Part shown: one piece after another, positions 21,358 to 31,682 of the stretch
Layout: each line of letters begins with the position of its first letter
Position numbering within the stretch: the first letter of the stretch is position 1
Assembly: GCA_963676795.2 (NCBI GenBank)
Contig: CAXXTB010000002.1
Span: 1,440,001-1,504,000, forward strand
Source of the DNA: Geopsychrobacteraceae bacterium
GTDB lineage: Bacteria; Desulfobacterota; Desulfuromonadia; Desulfuromonadales; Geopsychrobacteraceae
Direction: 5' to 3'
DNA length: 64,000 nucleotides
Translations under genes and position numbers: made by a program
Notes under the pieces: model-generated
Told to the model about the DNA's origin: nothing
The model's database searches: none
Seen by the model: the letters and a program-made list of their open reading frames with translations, nothing else

Positions 21358-22596
21358 ATGTCCCATAAAATCATTGTATGTACTTTGACTTTTGTCATGC
21401 TGCTCTCCTCGCTGTCTGCTTATGCTGCGGTTGAGTTTCATCCCTCAGTGATGGTCGGGGAGGAGTACAATGATAATATTTACCTGGCCGATCAGGATGA
21501 GGAAGAGGACTGGATCACGACGATTCAGCCCGGGATCAGCCTGCTGTTTTCAAACCGGTCTGTTGATATTACGGCGACATATTCCCTGCTGTACCGCTTC
21601 TACAAAAATAACGATCAGGAAAATGAAGATCGTTTTGAAGATGTTCAAAGGGCCGAAGCAACGGCTGAGTTTTTTTCCGGCCGACCTTTTACTCTGTCAG
21701 CGACTCAGACAATTGCCAGAGAAGTATTGGATGAACGGGATGATATCGCCGATTTCAATGATCTTGAAGAGCGTTCTACCGTCTATCGCACCAGCGTAAC
21801 GCCGGCTTATCGTTATCAGCTCACACCGACCTTCTCTTCAACTGCGGCATATACTTACAATCTGATAGTATATGTAGAACCAGAGGGCATTGATACTCAG
21901 GAACATATCGGCCGCCTGACACTGGACAAATCGATCAGCTCACGTCTGGATCTTTATCTGGCCTATGTTTACAGCTATCTTGATTCGGATGATGATGCTG
22001 AAGAGTTGACCCGTCAGGATTATAATCTGGGCTTAACTTATCAGCTTGGTTCAAGAACTCACCTCAATGCGGAAGGGGGGTATTCTGAAATCGAGTACGA
22101 AAGTGGATATACCACCGACGCGACAAATTATTTGCTCGATCTGACCTACGCAACATCTGAAGCGTTGAGCTATTTTGTTCGTTACGCTCAGGACTTTACC
22201 GTGACAGCGACTGAAGGGCTGGCGCAGCGTCAGGAATTTTCAGCTGGTACAGAGTATAGTAGAGATTCAATGACAGCAAACGTGCGTGGTTTTTGGCGGG
22301 ATATTGACTATGTAAGGCAAGATCGTAACGATGAAATCTTCGGATTTGATGTTGGTATGTCTAAACCGTTAAGTCGGGCATACGCCCTGAATCTGCAAGC
22401 TACATATGAAAATGCCCGATTTGAAGAAGTTTATGTTGAAGATGTTAACCGCTATATTGCGGAGCTTTCATTGTCTTTTGATTACAGGCGGTTTGTTCTA
22501 GAAACTGGATATCGCTATCGTGTGAATGATTCCGAAGTTGATTCAAACGATTACGTTAATAATATTATTTACTTGAATGGATCAGTTCGGTTTTAG
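21358..22596 (+). CDS. PEP-CTERM system outer-membrane beta-barrel protein
   Basis: Signal peptide, EEYNDNI motif, amphipathic strands, terminal Phe. Confidence 0.8.
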   Translation: MSHKIIVCTLTFVMLLSSLSAYAAVEFHPSVMVGEEYNDNIYLADQDEEEDWITTIQPGISLLFSNRSVDITATYSLLYRFYKNNDQENEDRFEDVQRAEATAEFFSGRPFTLSATQTIAREVLDERDDIADFNDLEERSTVYRTSVTPAYRYQLTPTFSSTAAYTYNLIVYVEPEGIDTQEHIGRLTLDKSISSRLDLYLAYVYSYLDSDDDAEELTRQDYNLGLTYQLGSRTHLNAEGGYSEIEYESGYTTDATNYLLDLTYATSEALSYFVRYAQDFTVTATEGLAQRQEFSAGTEYSRDSMTANVRGFWRDIDYVRQDRNDEIFGFDVGMSKPLSRAYALNLQATYENARFEEVYVEDVNRYIAELSLSFDYRRFVLETGYRYRVNDSEVDSNDYVNNIIYLNGSVRF

Positions 22597-22598
22597 TT

Positions 22599-23756
22599 AT
22601 GTATACAGAGTTTTTCGGGTTAACGGCCAAGCCGTTTGAGTTACTGCCTAATCCACGTTTTCTCTACCTGAGCAGCGGTCACAGGAAAGCTTTGAGCTAT
22701 CTGCAGTACGGTATTCAGGAACGGGCAGGGTTTACCCTGCTCACCGGTGAGGTCGGCTCCGGTAAGACGACGCTGTTGCGCGATATCATCAATAAGGTCG
22801 AGTCTGACGTCACTCTGGCGATGGTGTTCAATACCCGTGTTGATTCCCATCAGCTTATTTCCATGATCAATGAGGACTTTGGTCTCAAGGTTGACGGAAA
22901 AGAGAAGGTTCAGTTGCTGCGTGAGCTGAATGATTTCCTGTTGAATGAATGTCAGCAGGGGCACAGGCCGATTATCATCATCGATGAAGCTCAGAACCTG
23001 TCTGAAGATTCCCTCGAAGAAATCCGTCTGCTTTCCAACCTTGAAGCTGACAGCTTTAAGCTGGTTCAGATCGTTTTTGTCGGTCAGCCAGAGCTTCGTC
23101 AACTGATTGCCAAACCGTCCTTGCGCCAGTTGCGCCAGAGGATCAGCATCAGTTGTCACCTGCATCCCTTGAGCCGTGAAGAACTGGAAGAATATATCTA
23201 TCATCGTCTCGCTACTGTCGGTAATCGTGATTGCGTCAATTTTCTCGAAGGCACTTTTGATGAAATCTATCGTTTCAGTGGCGGAATCCCCCGCTTGATC
23301 AATCTGCTCTGCGATTTTGTCTTTCTATCCGCTTTTGTCGAAGAGACCAGAGATATCGACCTGCAACTGATCAAGGAGTCGATTGAAGAGCTGTCTTTTG
23401 ATGCTCCCGAACCAGACCTGGCTTACGAGGGTTCTGATCAGTCTGGATCGATCTCGGCCAATGGGCTGCTGACCGCGATTGATGAACGCCTGGGTAAGAT
23501 TGAAGAGAACTATACCAAGGTTGTCGCCAGTCGGGCAGAAAAAGAAGCGATCCTTGAACGGCTGTCGAGCCAGGGGAGTATTCTCGAATATCTGATTAAT
23601 CAGCAGCAGAATCAGTTTGCACAGTTCGAGGAACAGCTGAAAAAGATATCAGCTCAGATCGATCGTCTCCGCCACGCTGTTCTTGCCAACGGGGCAAGGG
23701 TTGATCAGCCTTCTTCACTGGTTTTTGATGCGACGATCAAGAAAGATATTCGATAA
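22599..23756 (+). CDS. XrtA/PEP-CTERM-associated ExeA-like AAA ATPase with a C-terminal coiled coil
   Basis: MY..FFGL...PF, GEVGSGKT, IIDEAQ and GGIPRLIN motifs. Confidence 0.9.
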   Translation: MYTEFFGLTAKPFELLPNPRFLYLSSGHRKALSYLQYGIQERAGFTLLTGEVGSGKTTLLRDIINKVESDVTLAMVFNTRVDSHQLISMINEDFGLKVDGKEKVQLLRELNDFLLNECQQGHRPIIIIDEAQNLSEDSLEEIRLLSNLEADSFKLVQIVFVGQPELRQLIAKPSLRQLRQRISISCHLHPLSREELEEYIYHRLATVGNRDCVNFLEGTFDEIYRFSGGIPRLINLLCDFVFLSAFVEETRDIDLQLIKESIEELSFDAPEPDLAYEGSDQSGSISANGLLTAIDERLGKIEENYTKVVASRAEKEAILERLSSQGSILEYLINQQQNQFAQFEEQLKKISAQIDRLRHAVLANGARVDQPSSLVFDATIKKDIR

Positions 23757-23763
23757 AAATCTG

Positions 23764-24089
23764 GTCCATGAAAGACACAAAAGGGCACGAAAAGACCCCC
23801 CTCAATCCCCCCTATAAAATAGGGGGGAAGTGAGCAAAGCGAGCAGGGGGGTAAATAAACGTAAATTTATTGCAGTTAGTTTTTTCCTGCATCTGTTTGT
23901 AGATTTGAAAGTGTATATAATTCAGTGATTTCTGTGTCTTCCGTGAACATGTTTATAAAAGATCAGATTTTGTCCTGTTGATCATGTCAAATATTGGCTT
24001 GTTGGTTTTGTCAGACTTTGTCCGTGTGGGTCTGTGGCAATATAAAGGTTTTAAAGTTTTATTTCGCGAATTTCGTGTTTTTCGTGGAT
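23764..24089. repeat. Composite nested inverted-repeat block 1
   Basis: A-left 23764-23792; C/G palindrome 23796-23851; B-right 23921-23948; H-right about 23961-23991; C-right 24010-24038; A-right 24062-24089. Confidence 0.8.
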
Positions 24090-24131
24090 ATATAATTTGA
24101 TTTGTATTTTTTATTCAATCAGGAGTGAATC

Positions 24132-25448
24132 ATGGTTTCTCTGCAGCAACTCATCAATCGCCAGGCTAAAATTGCCGTTGTAGGTCTAGGCTATGTCGGT
24201 CTGCCTCTTGCCGCTGCATTTGGTCGTAAATTGGATGTCATCGGTTTTGATATTCATGCCGCCAAAATTGAACAATTGAAAAGTTGTATTGATGTCACGG
24301 GGGAACTGACTTCTGATGACCTGAAATCAACAAAGATCGACTATACAACCGATCCTTCTGCTCTGAAACAGGCTGATTTTATCATCGTCACTGTACCAAC
24401 CCCGATCGACAGGAACAACAATCCGGACCTGACTCCGGTTGAAAAAGCATCGACGACCATCGGTCAGAATCTGAAAAAAGGCGCCATTATCGTCTACGAG
24501 TCAACCGTCTATCCGGGCGTGACGGAAGATATCTGTGTGCCGATTCTCGAAGCTCAGTCGGGCCTGAAATGTGGAAGCGATTTCAAGGTCGGCTATTCAC
24601 CGGAGCGGATCAATCCGGGTGATAAGGTTCACACCGTCGACAAGATCATCAAGGTTGTTTCCGGTATGGATGAAGGCAGCCTCGAAACCATCGCTTCCGT
24701 CTATGAACTGATTGTTACCGCCGGTGTTCACCGTGCCTCCAGCATCAAGGTGGCCGAAGCGGCCAAGGTTATTGAAAATACCCAGCGCGACCTCAATATC
24801 GCCCTGATCAACGAGCTTGCGCTGATCTTCAACAAACTGGGTATTCCGACCCAGGACGTGCTTGCCGCTGCCGGAACCAAGTGGAACTTCCTTAAATTTA
24901 CTCCTGGCCTGGTCGGTGGTCACTGCATCGGTGTCGACCCCTACTATCTGACCCACAAGGCTGAGGAGATCGGTTATAATCCGCAGGTCATTCTGGCCGG
25001 TCGCAGAATCAACGATGGAATGGGCAAATACGTTGCAGAAAACACCATCAAGCAGATGATCCAGTCGGGTAAGGTGATCAAGGGAGCACGGGTTCTGGTC
25101 CTCGGTCTGACCTTCAAGGAGGATGTCCCCGACATCCGCAATACCAAGGTCATCGACATCGTCCGTGAGCTTGAAGATTACGGCGTCAATGTCCTGGTCA
25201 ACGATCCGCTTGCAGACAGCGCCGAGGCGATGCACGAATATGGTCTTTCTCTCTGCTCGCTGGACAATCTCGAGCCTGTTGACACCATCGTCTATGCCGT
25301 CAGCCATAAGGCCTATCAAAACCTGAATATCAATGATCTGAAAAAAATGACCAGCAATGGTTCCTCATCAGGATCTATCATCGATGTTAAATCCGTTCTG
25401 AACCGGGAAGAGGTCGAATCTGCGGGTATGAGTTATTGGTCATTGTAA
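24132..25448 (+). CDS. Nucleotide-sugar dehydrogenase (TviB/WbpO-like)
   Basis: GLGYVG, ESTVYPG, SPERINPG and GGHCIGVDP motifs. Confidence 0.93.
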   Translation: MVSLQQLINRQAKIAVVGLGYVGLPLAAAFGRKLDVIGFDIHAAKIEQLKSCIDVTGELTSDDLKSTKIDYTTDPSALKQADFIIVTVPTPIDRNNNPDLTPVEKASTTIGQNLKKGAIIVYESTVYPGVTEDICVPILEAQSGLKCGSDFKVGYSPERINPGDKVHTVDKIIKVVSGMDEGSLETIASVYELIVTAGVHRASSIKVAEAAKVIENTQRDLNIALINELALIFNKLGIPTQDVLAAAGTKWNFLKFTPGLVGGHCIGVDPYYLTHKAEEIGYNPQVILAGRRINDGMGKYVAENTIKQMIQSGKVIKGARVLVLGLTFKEDVPDIRNTKVIDIVRELEDYGVNVLVNDPLADSAEAMHEYGLSLCSLDNLEPVDTIVYAVSHKAYQNLNINDLKKMTSNGSSSGSIIDVKSVLNREEVESAGMSYWSL

Positions 25449-25451
25449 TAT

Positions 25452-25868
25452 ATGTCCACTGAAGACACAGAAAACACGGAATTTTTAGATTCAAAAAAGT
25501 TTTATATGGGTGCAGAAACCTATGCAGTACGAGGAGCTGTTTATGAAGTTTATCGTACGATTGGTTGTGGCTTTTTAGAATCTGTTTATCAAGAATGTTT
25601 TGAGATAGAGTTTGCAGAAAAAGGCATACCCTATGTTGCGCAGCACAAGCTTGATTTGTATTACAAAGGCCATCGTCTAACTCAAACCTATAGGCCTGAT
25701 TTTGTTTGTTTTGATAAAATTATTGTTGAAATAAAGGCACTTTCTAAAATTACAGGTGAACATAAAGCGCAAGTTATGAATTATCTTAAAGCTACGGATA
25801 TGAAAGTAGGTCTATTGATTAATTTTGGAAGTTTTCCAAAGGCAACGGTTGATCGAATTGTATTTTGA
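25452..25868 (+). CDS. GxxExxY protein (PD-(D/E)xK nuclease fold, PDDEXK_3-like)
   Basis: GFLESVY; PDF...IVEIK; QVMNYLK; GLLINFG. Confidence 0.92.
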   Translation: MSTEDTENTEFLDSKKFYMGAETYAVRGAVYEVYRTIGCGFLESVYQECFEIEFAEKGIPYVAQHKLDLYYKGHRLTQTYRPDFVCFDKIIVEIKALSKITGEHKAQVMNYLKATDMKVGLLINFGSFPKATVDRIVF

Positions 25869-25903
25869 CTTTATTTCCGTGGATTCAGTGTTTTCTGTGG
25901 ACA
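25453..25903. mobile_element. GxxExxY cassette bounded by 29-bp imperfect inverted repeats (B arms)
   Basis: 25453-25481 tgtccactgaagacacagaaaacacggaa versus 25875-25903 ttccgtggattcagtgttttctgtggaca (24/29 complementary); mobility is inferred. Confidence 0.6.
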
Positions 25904-25907
25904 GAAA

Positions 25908-26783
25908 ATGATTAAAAACTACATGACAATAGACGTCGAAGACTACTTTCACGTCTCGGCATTTGAATCATTGTCGCCACCGTCGAGTTGGTCGGGCAGG
26001 GAATGTCGTGTTGAGCGCAATACTGACCTTGTTCTCGAAATCATGGCGCAACACAATGTCAAAGCTACTTTTTTTATTCTCGGCTGGGTTGCAGAGCACT
26101 ATCCGCAACTTGCCAGAAAGATTGTCGCTCAGGGCCATGAGATTGCCTGCCATGGTTATCTGCACCAGCGTGTTTCTACACAGGATAGGGCAACCTACAA
26201 AGATGATATCCGAAGGGCAAAGGCCATTCTTGAAGATCAGTCCGGGCAGGAAGTGCTCGGTTATCGAGCCCCGAGCTATTCGATTACCCGTCAGACAGAT
26301 TGGGCTTTTGAAGAGTTGATTGCAGCGGGGTTCAAATACGACTCAAGTATCTTCCCGATGAAGCACGACTTCTACGGTATTCCCGACTGGCCGCGTTTCT
26401 CCGGCTACGCCGTCGCACAGAATGGAGCCTGGGTCGCTGACGATCAAATGCCTTCTGACGGAAAGGCCATTCGGGAGATACCGATCACAACAGTAAAAAT
26501 GGGTCAGCGAAACCTGCCGATCGCCGGAGGAGGATATTTTCGCTTGTTGCCGTATCCGGTGACCAGATGGGGGCTGAAGTGCGTCAATCAGAAGGAAAAT
26601 CAGCCGTTCGTTTTCTATCTGCACCCCTGGGAATTTGACCCTGAGCAGCCACGCATGGCAGGTGCCGGGCGAAAGAGCCGATTCAGGCACTATCTGAATC
26701 TGAATAAAACGGAAGGGCGGTTCAGGAAACTGCTGAGCGATTTTGATTTTGTGCCACTGAAGACAATATTGTCCACGGAATAA
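25908..26783 (+). CDS. XrtA-system polysaccharide deacetylase (DUF3473)
   Basis: TIDVEDYFHV, ATFFILGW, HEIACHGY.H, GGGYFRL and YLHPWEFD motifs. Confidence 0.93.
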   Translation: MIKNYMTIDVEDYFHVSAFESLSPPSSWSGRECRVERNTDLVLEIMAQHNVKATFFILGWVAEHYPQLARKIVAQGHEIACHGYLHQRVSTQDRATYKDDIRRAKAILEDQSGQEVLGYRAPSYSITRQTDWAFEELIAAGFKYDSSIFPMKHDFYGIPDWPRFSGYAVAQNGAWVADDQMPSDGKAIREIPITTVKMGQRNLPIAGGGYFRLLPYPVTRWGLKCVNQKENQPFVFYLHPWEFDPEQPRMAGAGRKSRFRHYLNLNKTEGRFRKLLSDFDFVPLKTILSTE

Positions 26784-26794
26784 GGCACAGTCTG

Positions 26795-27271
26795 GTTCAC
26801 GAAAAACACGAAAGGCACGAAAATGACCCCCCTCAATCCCCCCTATGAAATAGGGGGGAAGTGAGCGAAGCGAGCAGGGGGGTAAATAGCTGTGTGTTCG
26901 CTTTGTCAGCTTTTGTCCGTGTGTGTCTGTGGCAAAAAAACAGGTTTCAGTCTTTCTTCGCGGCTTCGCGGCTTGAGTGAGTGAAACGAACGGGCGTGAG
27001 ATAATGTTTTGTCCACGGAAATCACGAAAGGCTCGAAATAAATCAAAATCAGCCTCGCGCAGAGACGCAGAGGACACAGAGAAAAGCAATAACCGTAAAT
27101 ATTTGTTTCTCAAGGCAACAGGCCTTTAAATCAGCCTTTGTCCGCACTTGTCTGTGTGTGTCTGTGGCAAAAAAATCAGGTTTCAGGTTTTTTCTTGTGT
27201 CTTGAACGAGCACAGCGAGTGGGTGAGAGGTTTCTAGTATTTTTTTCGATATTTTCGTGTTTTTCGTGGAC
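26795..27271. repeat. Composite nested inverted-repeat block 2
   Basis: A-left 26795, C/G palindrome 26827-26882, C-right, E-right; then nested A-left 27011, E-left 27054, C-right, E-right, A-right ending 27271. Confidence 0.8.
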
Positions 27272-27303
27272 CGCTGATTTTTAGCCTATGAGGGACTGAT
27301 TCA

Positions 27304-29289
27304 ATGTGTGGGATAGCAGGGCTGATAAATTTTGAGCGGATTCGGGATGCGGATGAAACAACCGTCAGGCGGATGATGACCCTGCTGCGTCATCGCGGTC
27401 CGGATGAGTGTGGTCTCTATCGCGATCAGCAGGCCTGCCTTGGCCACACCCGCCTCAGCATTATCGGTCTTTCGACCGGTCAGCAGCCTCTGGCCAATGT
27501 GGATGAAAGCCTGTGGATTGTCTTCAACGGCGAGATTTTCAATTACATTGAGCTGAAAGCGGAACTGATTCAAAAAGGCTATCGTTTCCGTACCGATTCC
27601 GATACCGAGGTTCTGCTCGCCTGTTATGAAGAGTACGGTTCAGATTGTCTGAGTCTGCTCAACGGTCAGTTTGCTTTCGCCATCTGGGATGTCAGAAAGC
27701 GCCAGCTGTTTCTGGCCAGGGATCGTGTCGGCATCAGACCGCTCTATTATTATCAAAGCGAAAATTCTTTTCACTTTGCCTCGGAAATTAAAGCGATTTT
27801 TGCCGATCCAGGGATAGCCCGGTCGCTGGATCCGGTCTCCCTGAATCAGATATTCACCTTCTGGACGACCTTGTCTTCCAGGACTGTCTTTGCGGGTATC
27901 AAAGAGCTTCCGCCCGGCAACTATATGGTTGTGTCCGATGGTGGTATTCAAGCGCCCCAACCCTATTGGTCGATACCGTACTATCAGCCGTCAGAACGTT
28001 GGCGAGGGACTTTTGATGAAGCCAAAGAGGAACTCGTTGGCATTTTGAATGATGCCATCGCGCTGCGCTTAAGGGCCGATGTTCCGGTTGGTGCCTATTT
28101 AAGTGGCGGACTCGATTCCTCAATTATTACTTCGGTTATTGCTAAAAACTTCAATAATCACCTGAGGACTTTCTCCCTCGCCTTCGAAGAGAACCCGTTC
28201 GACGAATCGGCCTATCAGGCCGAGCTGGTCCGGCAGCTTGGAACCGAACACAGCGAGATAAAAGTCGCCAATTCCGCCATCAGGGATAATCTGCCACAGG
28301 TCGTCTGGCAATGTGAAAAGCCTCTGGTCAGGACCGGACCGGTACCGTTGTTTTCGTTATCAAGGTTGGTCCGGGAGAACAATTTCAAGGTCGTGCTGAC
28401 AGGTGAGGGGGCTGATGAGGTCTTTGGCGGATACAATATTTTCAAAGAGGCCAAGCTCCGGGCGTTCTGGGGACGGCAGCCTGAGTCAAAGTGGAGGCCA
28501 CTGCTCGTTGAGAGGCTCTATCCGTACATATTCAAAGATCCGGCCCGTGCCAGGGCCTTTCTCCAGCAGTTTTTTGCCGTATCTGCGGACGATTTGACTG
28601 ACCCGTTCTTTTCCCACCAGGTGCGCTGGCGCAACAGCGGGAAAAATTCCACGTTCTTTACCAGCCATGTTCAGTCTCAGATTAAACAAAATAACGACTT
28701 AGATGAGCTGCGCTCACTGCTTCCGGATGGTTTTTCACAGCGGGACACCTTTTCAAAGGCTCAACTGCTGGAAATGGAGATATTCCTTTCCAACTACCTG
28801 CTTTCCTCGCAGGGGGACCGCGTTGGCATGGGCAACTCGATTGAACTGCGTCTGCCATTTCTCGATTATCGAGTGATCGATTTTGCCGCCCGGTTGCCTG
28901 CGCACTGGAAAATCAAAGGATTAAACGAGAAATACCTGTTGAAAGAGGCCTATAAGCAGCTGTTGCCAGCCTCCATCTCGAAAAGACCGAAACAGCCGTA
29001 TCGTGCCCCAATTAGAGAGGCCTTTCCGGTCGATGAGCCGGGCAGCTATATCGCTGAGCAGCTATCTGATGCTAAGGTGTTTGAGAACGGTTATTTCGAT
29101 GTGAAAAAAGTCAATCTGTTGAAAAAACGTTTTAGTCAAGGCGCGCAACAATCAGCCAATGAGGTGCAAAATATGGCCCTGATGGGAATCCTGACAACAC
29201 AGCTCTTGCATCAGCAGTTCATCGAGGATTTTGATCCGGTAAAGATAGAACCGGCGAACCCGGATAAGCGAATTACAAGGCATTTCTAG
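27304..29289 (+). CDS. asnB: Asparagine synthetase-like glutamine amidotransferase (polysaccharide amidation)
   Basis: MCGIAG N-terminal Cys, HRGPD, NGEIFN, LSGGLDSS and GEGADE motifs. Confidence 0.9.
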   Translation: MCGIAGLINFERIRDADETTVRRMMTLLRHRGPDECGLYRDQQACLGHTRLSIIGLSTGQQPLANVDESLWIVFNGEIFNYIELKAELIQKGYRFRTDSDTEVLLACYEEYGSDCLSLLNGQFAFAIWDVRKRQLFLARDRVGIRPLYYYQSENSFHFASEIKAIFADPGIARSLDPVSLNQIFTFWTTLSSRTVFAGIKELPPGNYMVVSDGGIQAPQPYWSIPYYQPSERWRGTFDEAKEELVGILNDAIALRLRADVPVGAYLSGGLDSSIITSVIAKNFNNHLRTFSLAFEENPFDESAYQAELVRQLGTEHSEIKVANSAIRDNLPQVVWQCEKPLVRTGPVPLFSLSRLVRENNFKVVLTGEGADEVFGGYNIFKEAKLRAFWGRQPESKWRPLLVERLYPYIFKDPARARAFLQQFFAVSADDLTDPFFSHQVRWRNSGKNSTFFTSHVQSQIKQNNDLDELRSLLPDGFSQRDTFSKAQLLEMEIFLSNYLLSSQGDRVGMGNSIELRLPFLDYRVIDFAARLPAHWKIKGLNEKYLLKEAYKQLLPASISKRPKQPYRAPIREAFPVDEPGSYIAEQLSDAKVFENGYFDVKKVNLLKKRFSQGAQQSANEVQNMALMGILTTQLLHQQFIEDFDPVKIEPANPDKRITRHF

Positions 29290-29552
29290 CCACAGACACA
29301 CACAGACAAAGGCTTAATAACTCAGTCCACGAAAGACACGAAAGACCCAAAAAAATAAGACAAAATTTTACAGGGATGAAAGGGATAGTCAGGATGAAGT
29401 CAGAAGCATTCTGGCCGGATAATTAAAATAAAGAATATGCAGGTTCTTGTCTTTAGGTTTAATCCCATGCATCCGCTGTATCCCTGTAAGAAAGATTTTG
29501 AAGTTTTTCTTCGCGTCTTCGCGGCTTAGAGAGCGGAGAGAACGGGTGTGAG
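29289..29552. repeat. Composite inverted-repeat block 3
   Basis: C-left 29289, A-left 29325, D-left 29370 paired with D-right ending about 29487, E-right about 29507-29552. Confidence 0.75.
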
Positions 29553-29620
29553 TTAAGAAGTTAGATTATTCTGTCAATCAGTAGTTGTTGTCGTCAATTA
29601 ATCACTGGGGAGGGATTGGA

Positions 29621-30613
29621 ATGACAAAACCAGCATTCTCGAAAGATCTTCTTGTTCTCGACGCAGAGCAGGAAGTCGAAAAAATCACCAAAGCCATGCG
29701 TACCCTGATGCGCACGGAGATCAAGCGGCGTGGAATTGTCCTGGGACTCTCCGGTGGCATCGACAGCAGTACCACCTGTGCCCTGTCGGTCAAAGCCTTT
29801 GGCCCTGATAAGGTCTTCGGCCTGCATATGCCGGAGCGCCACTCATCGGATGAAACCTTGACGCTCAGTACCAGTGTCTCCGACCGCTTCGGGATTGAGT
29901 CCACCCATGAGGATATTTCCAGCATTCTTGAAGCTGTCGGCTTTTATCGCCGCTATGATGATGCGGTAAGAAGCGTTATTCCGGAATACGCGGAAGGCTG
30001 GAAATCCAAGATCGTCATTCCCAATGTCATCGAAACCAATGAGTTCTCGTTGTTTTCCATCGTTGCCCAGAGTCCGGAGGGTGAGACAAAAAAAGTACGC
30101 TTGCCGCTGAAAGCTTATCTTGAGATCCTGGCCGCAACCAACTTCAAACAGCGCATCCGTAAGATGCTCGAATATCACCACGCTGACCGCCTCAATTTTG
30201 CAGTTGCCGGAACCCCGAATCGTCTTGAATACGATCAGGGCTTTTTCGTCAAACTGGGTGATGGTGCCGCCGATATCAAGCCGATTGCTCACCTGTACAA
30301 AACCCAGGTTTATCAACTTGCCGCTCATCTTGGTGTGCCTGCTGATATCTGTAACAGACCTCCAACCACAGATACCTACTCACTGCCGCAGGGGCAGGAC
30401 GAGTTCTATTTCTCTCTGCCGCATGACGAGATGGATCTGTGCCTGTACGGCAAGAATAACGGTTATCCCGTAGAAGAGGTTGCCGAGGTCCTGGAGATAA
30501 CACCTCAGCAGGTTCAGCGTGTCTATGACGACATAGACAATAAACGCAGCACAACACGCTACCTGCATCTTTCCGCGCAGTTGATTGATGATGTACCGGA
30601 GATTAAACGTTAA
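29621..30613 (+). CDS. NH3-dependent NAD+ synthetase-like protein (NadE paralog)
   Basis: LGLSGGIDSS, GTPN..E...GFFVK.GDG, PIAHLYKTQVY and RPPTTD motifs; no glutaminase domain. Confidence 0.85.
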   Translation: MTKPAFSKDLLVLDAEQEVEKITKAMRTLMRTEIKRRGIVLGLSGGIDSSTTCALSVKAFGPDKVFGLHMPERHSSDETLTLSTSVSDRFGIESTHEDISSILEAVGFYRRYDDAVRSVIPEYAEGWKSKIVIPNVIETNEFSLFSIVAQSPEGETKKVRLPLKAYLEILAATNFKQRIRKMLEYHHADRLNFAVAGTPNRLEYDQGFFVKLGDGAADIKPIAHLYKTQVYQLAAHLGVPADICNRPPTTDTYSLPQGQDEFYFSLPHDEMDLCLYGKNNGYPVEEVAEVLEITPQQVQRVYDDIDNKRSTTRYLHLSAQLIDDVPEIKR

Positions 30614-30647
30614 TATTGAGTAAAGACATAAGGTTCAAAATTATTCT

Positions 30648-30730
30648 AACAGGGATGAAGGGGATGTTGGGGATTAATTCAAGATCAAGGACCTCTGGTT
30701 TTTATCCAGATTATCCTGTGTATCCCTGTT
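30648..30730. repeat. D-family hairpin
   Basis: aacagggatgaaggggatgttgggat ... atccagattatcctgtgtatccctgtt. Confidence 0.75.
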
Positions 30731-30779
30731 GATTTGCTTTTTTAAAATACGAATAAATTGAGATAGGAGATTGTTAATT

Positions 30780-31043
30780 ATGTCCGATGTTCAAAATAAA
30801 ATCAGAAGCTTCATTGTCGATAACTTTCTCTTCGGTGATGACGAAGGGCTGGAAAGCGGCACCTCTTTTCTTGATGAGGGGATTGTTGATTCTACCGGTA
30901 TCCTGGAACTGATTGAATTCATCAGTGAAGAATTTGAAATCACTGTCGAAGATGAAGAACTGATACCAGAGAATCTTGATTCGATTGACAATGTCACAGC
31001 GTTTATAGGGCGCAAAAAAGGTCAAGGGACAACAGCTGCTTAA
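30780..31043 (+). CDS. Acyl carrier protein
   Basis: GIVDSTG phosphopantetheine motif; acidic protein of about 87 aa; ENLDSI. Confidence 0.92.
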   Translation: MSDVQNKIRSFIVDNFLFGDDEGLESGTSFLDEGIVDSTGILELIEFISEEFEITVEDEELIPENLDSIDNVTAFIGRKKGQGTTAA

Positions 31044-31061
31044 AGTAATTAAAGGCTTTTT

Positions 31062-31652
31062 GCCGCGGATACAATCTGATAGAAGCTGATGTTTTAATCT
31101 TTGTGCCAAGTGGATTATGTTTTTATCCGCTTTATCAGATTGCATCAGCGGCCGAAAGGTAGTTTTGGTCAAAGGCATTATTGCCGCAGATAAAGTTTGA
31201 TAAAAGCTGATGTTGAAACCTTGAAATGATTTTAGTATTTGGTCTTTTATCCGCCTTTATCAGATTGCATCAGCGGCCGAAAGGGTAGTTTTGGTCAAAG
31301 GCATTATTGCCGCAGATAAAGTTTGATAAAAGCTGATGTTGAAACCTTGAAATGATTTTAGTATTTGGTCTTTTATCCGCTTTATCAGATTGCATCAGCG
31401 GCCGAAAGGGTAGTTTTGGTCAAAGGCATTATTGCCGCAGATAAAGTTTGATAAAAGCTGATGTTGAAACCTTGAAATGATTTTAGTATTTGGTCTTTTA
31501 TCCGCTTTAATCAGATTGCATCAGCGGCCGAAAGGTAGTTTTGGTCAAAGGCATTATTGCCGCAGATAAAGTTTGATAAGGGTGATGTTAAAACCTGGAA
31601 ATGATTTTAGTATTTGGTCTTTTATTCGCTATAATCAGATTGTATCAGCGGC
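31062..31652. repeat. Tandem array of 5 palindromic units (period 121-126 bp)
   Basis: Units start at 31062, 31183, 31309, 31434 and 31559; each reads gccgcNgat...gctgat-loop-atccgc...atcagcggc. Confidence 0.95.
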
Positions 31653-31682
31653 CAAAGAATAGACATGACTTTGTGAGGCATT

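Noticed and set aside
26343..27113. Minus-strand 256-aa ORF and similar ORFs at 34251, 35623, 60952 and 63277
   Set aside because: Translations such as FRAFRDFRG and IPFIPV are read-throughs of the repeat arms, partly antisense to real genes
31183..31277. Hammerhead ribozyme in the tandem units (ctgatg...gaaa)
   Set aside because: The core reads CTGATGT or CTGATAA (CTGATGC on the minus strand), not CUGANGA, and I could not build the three stems
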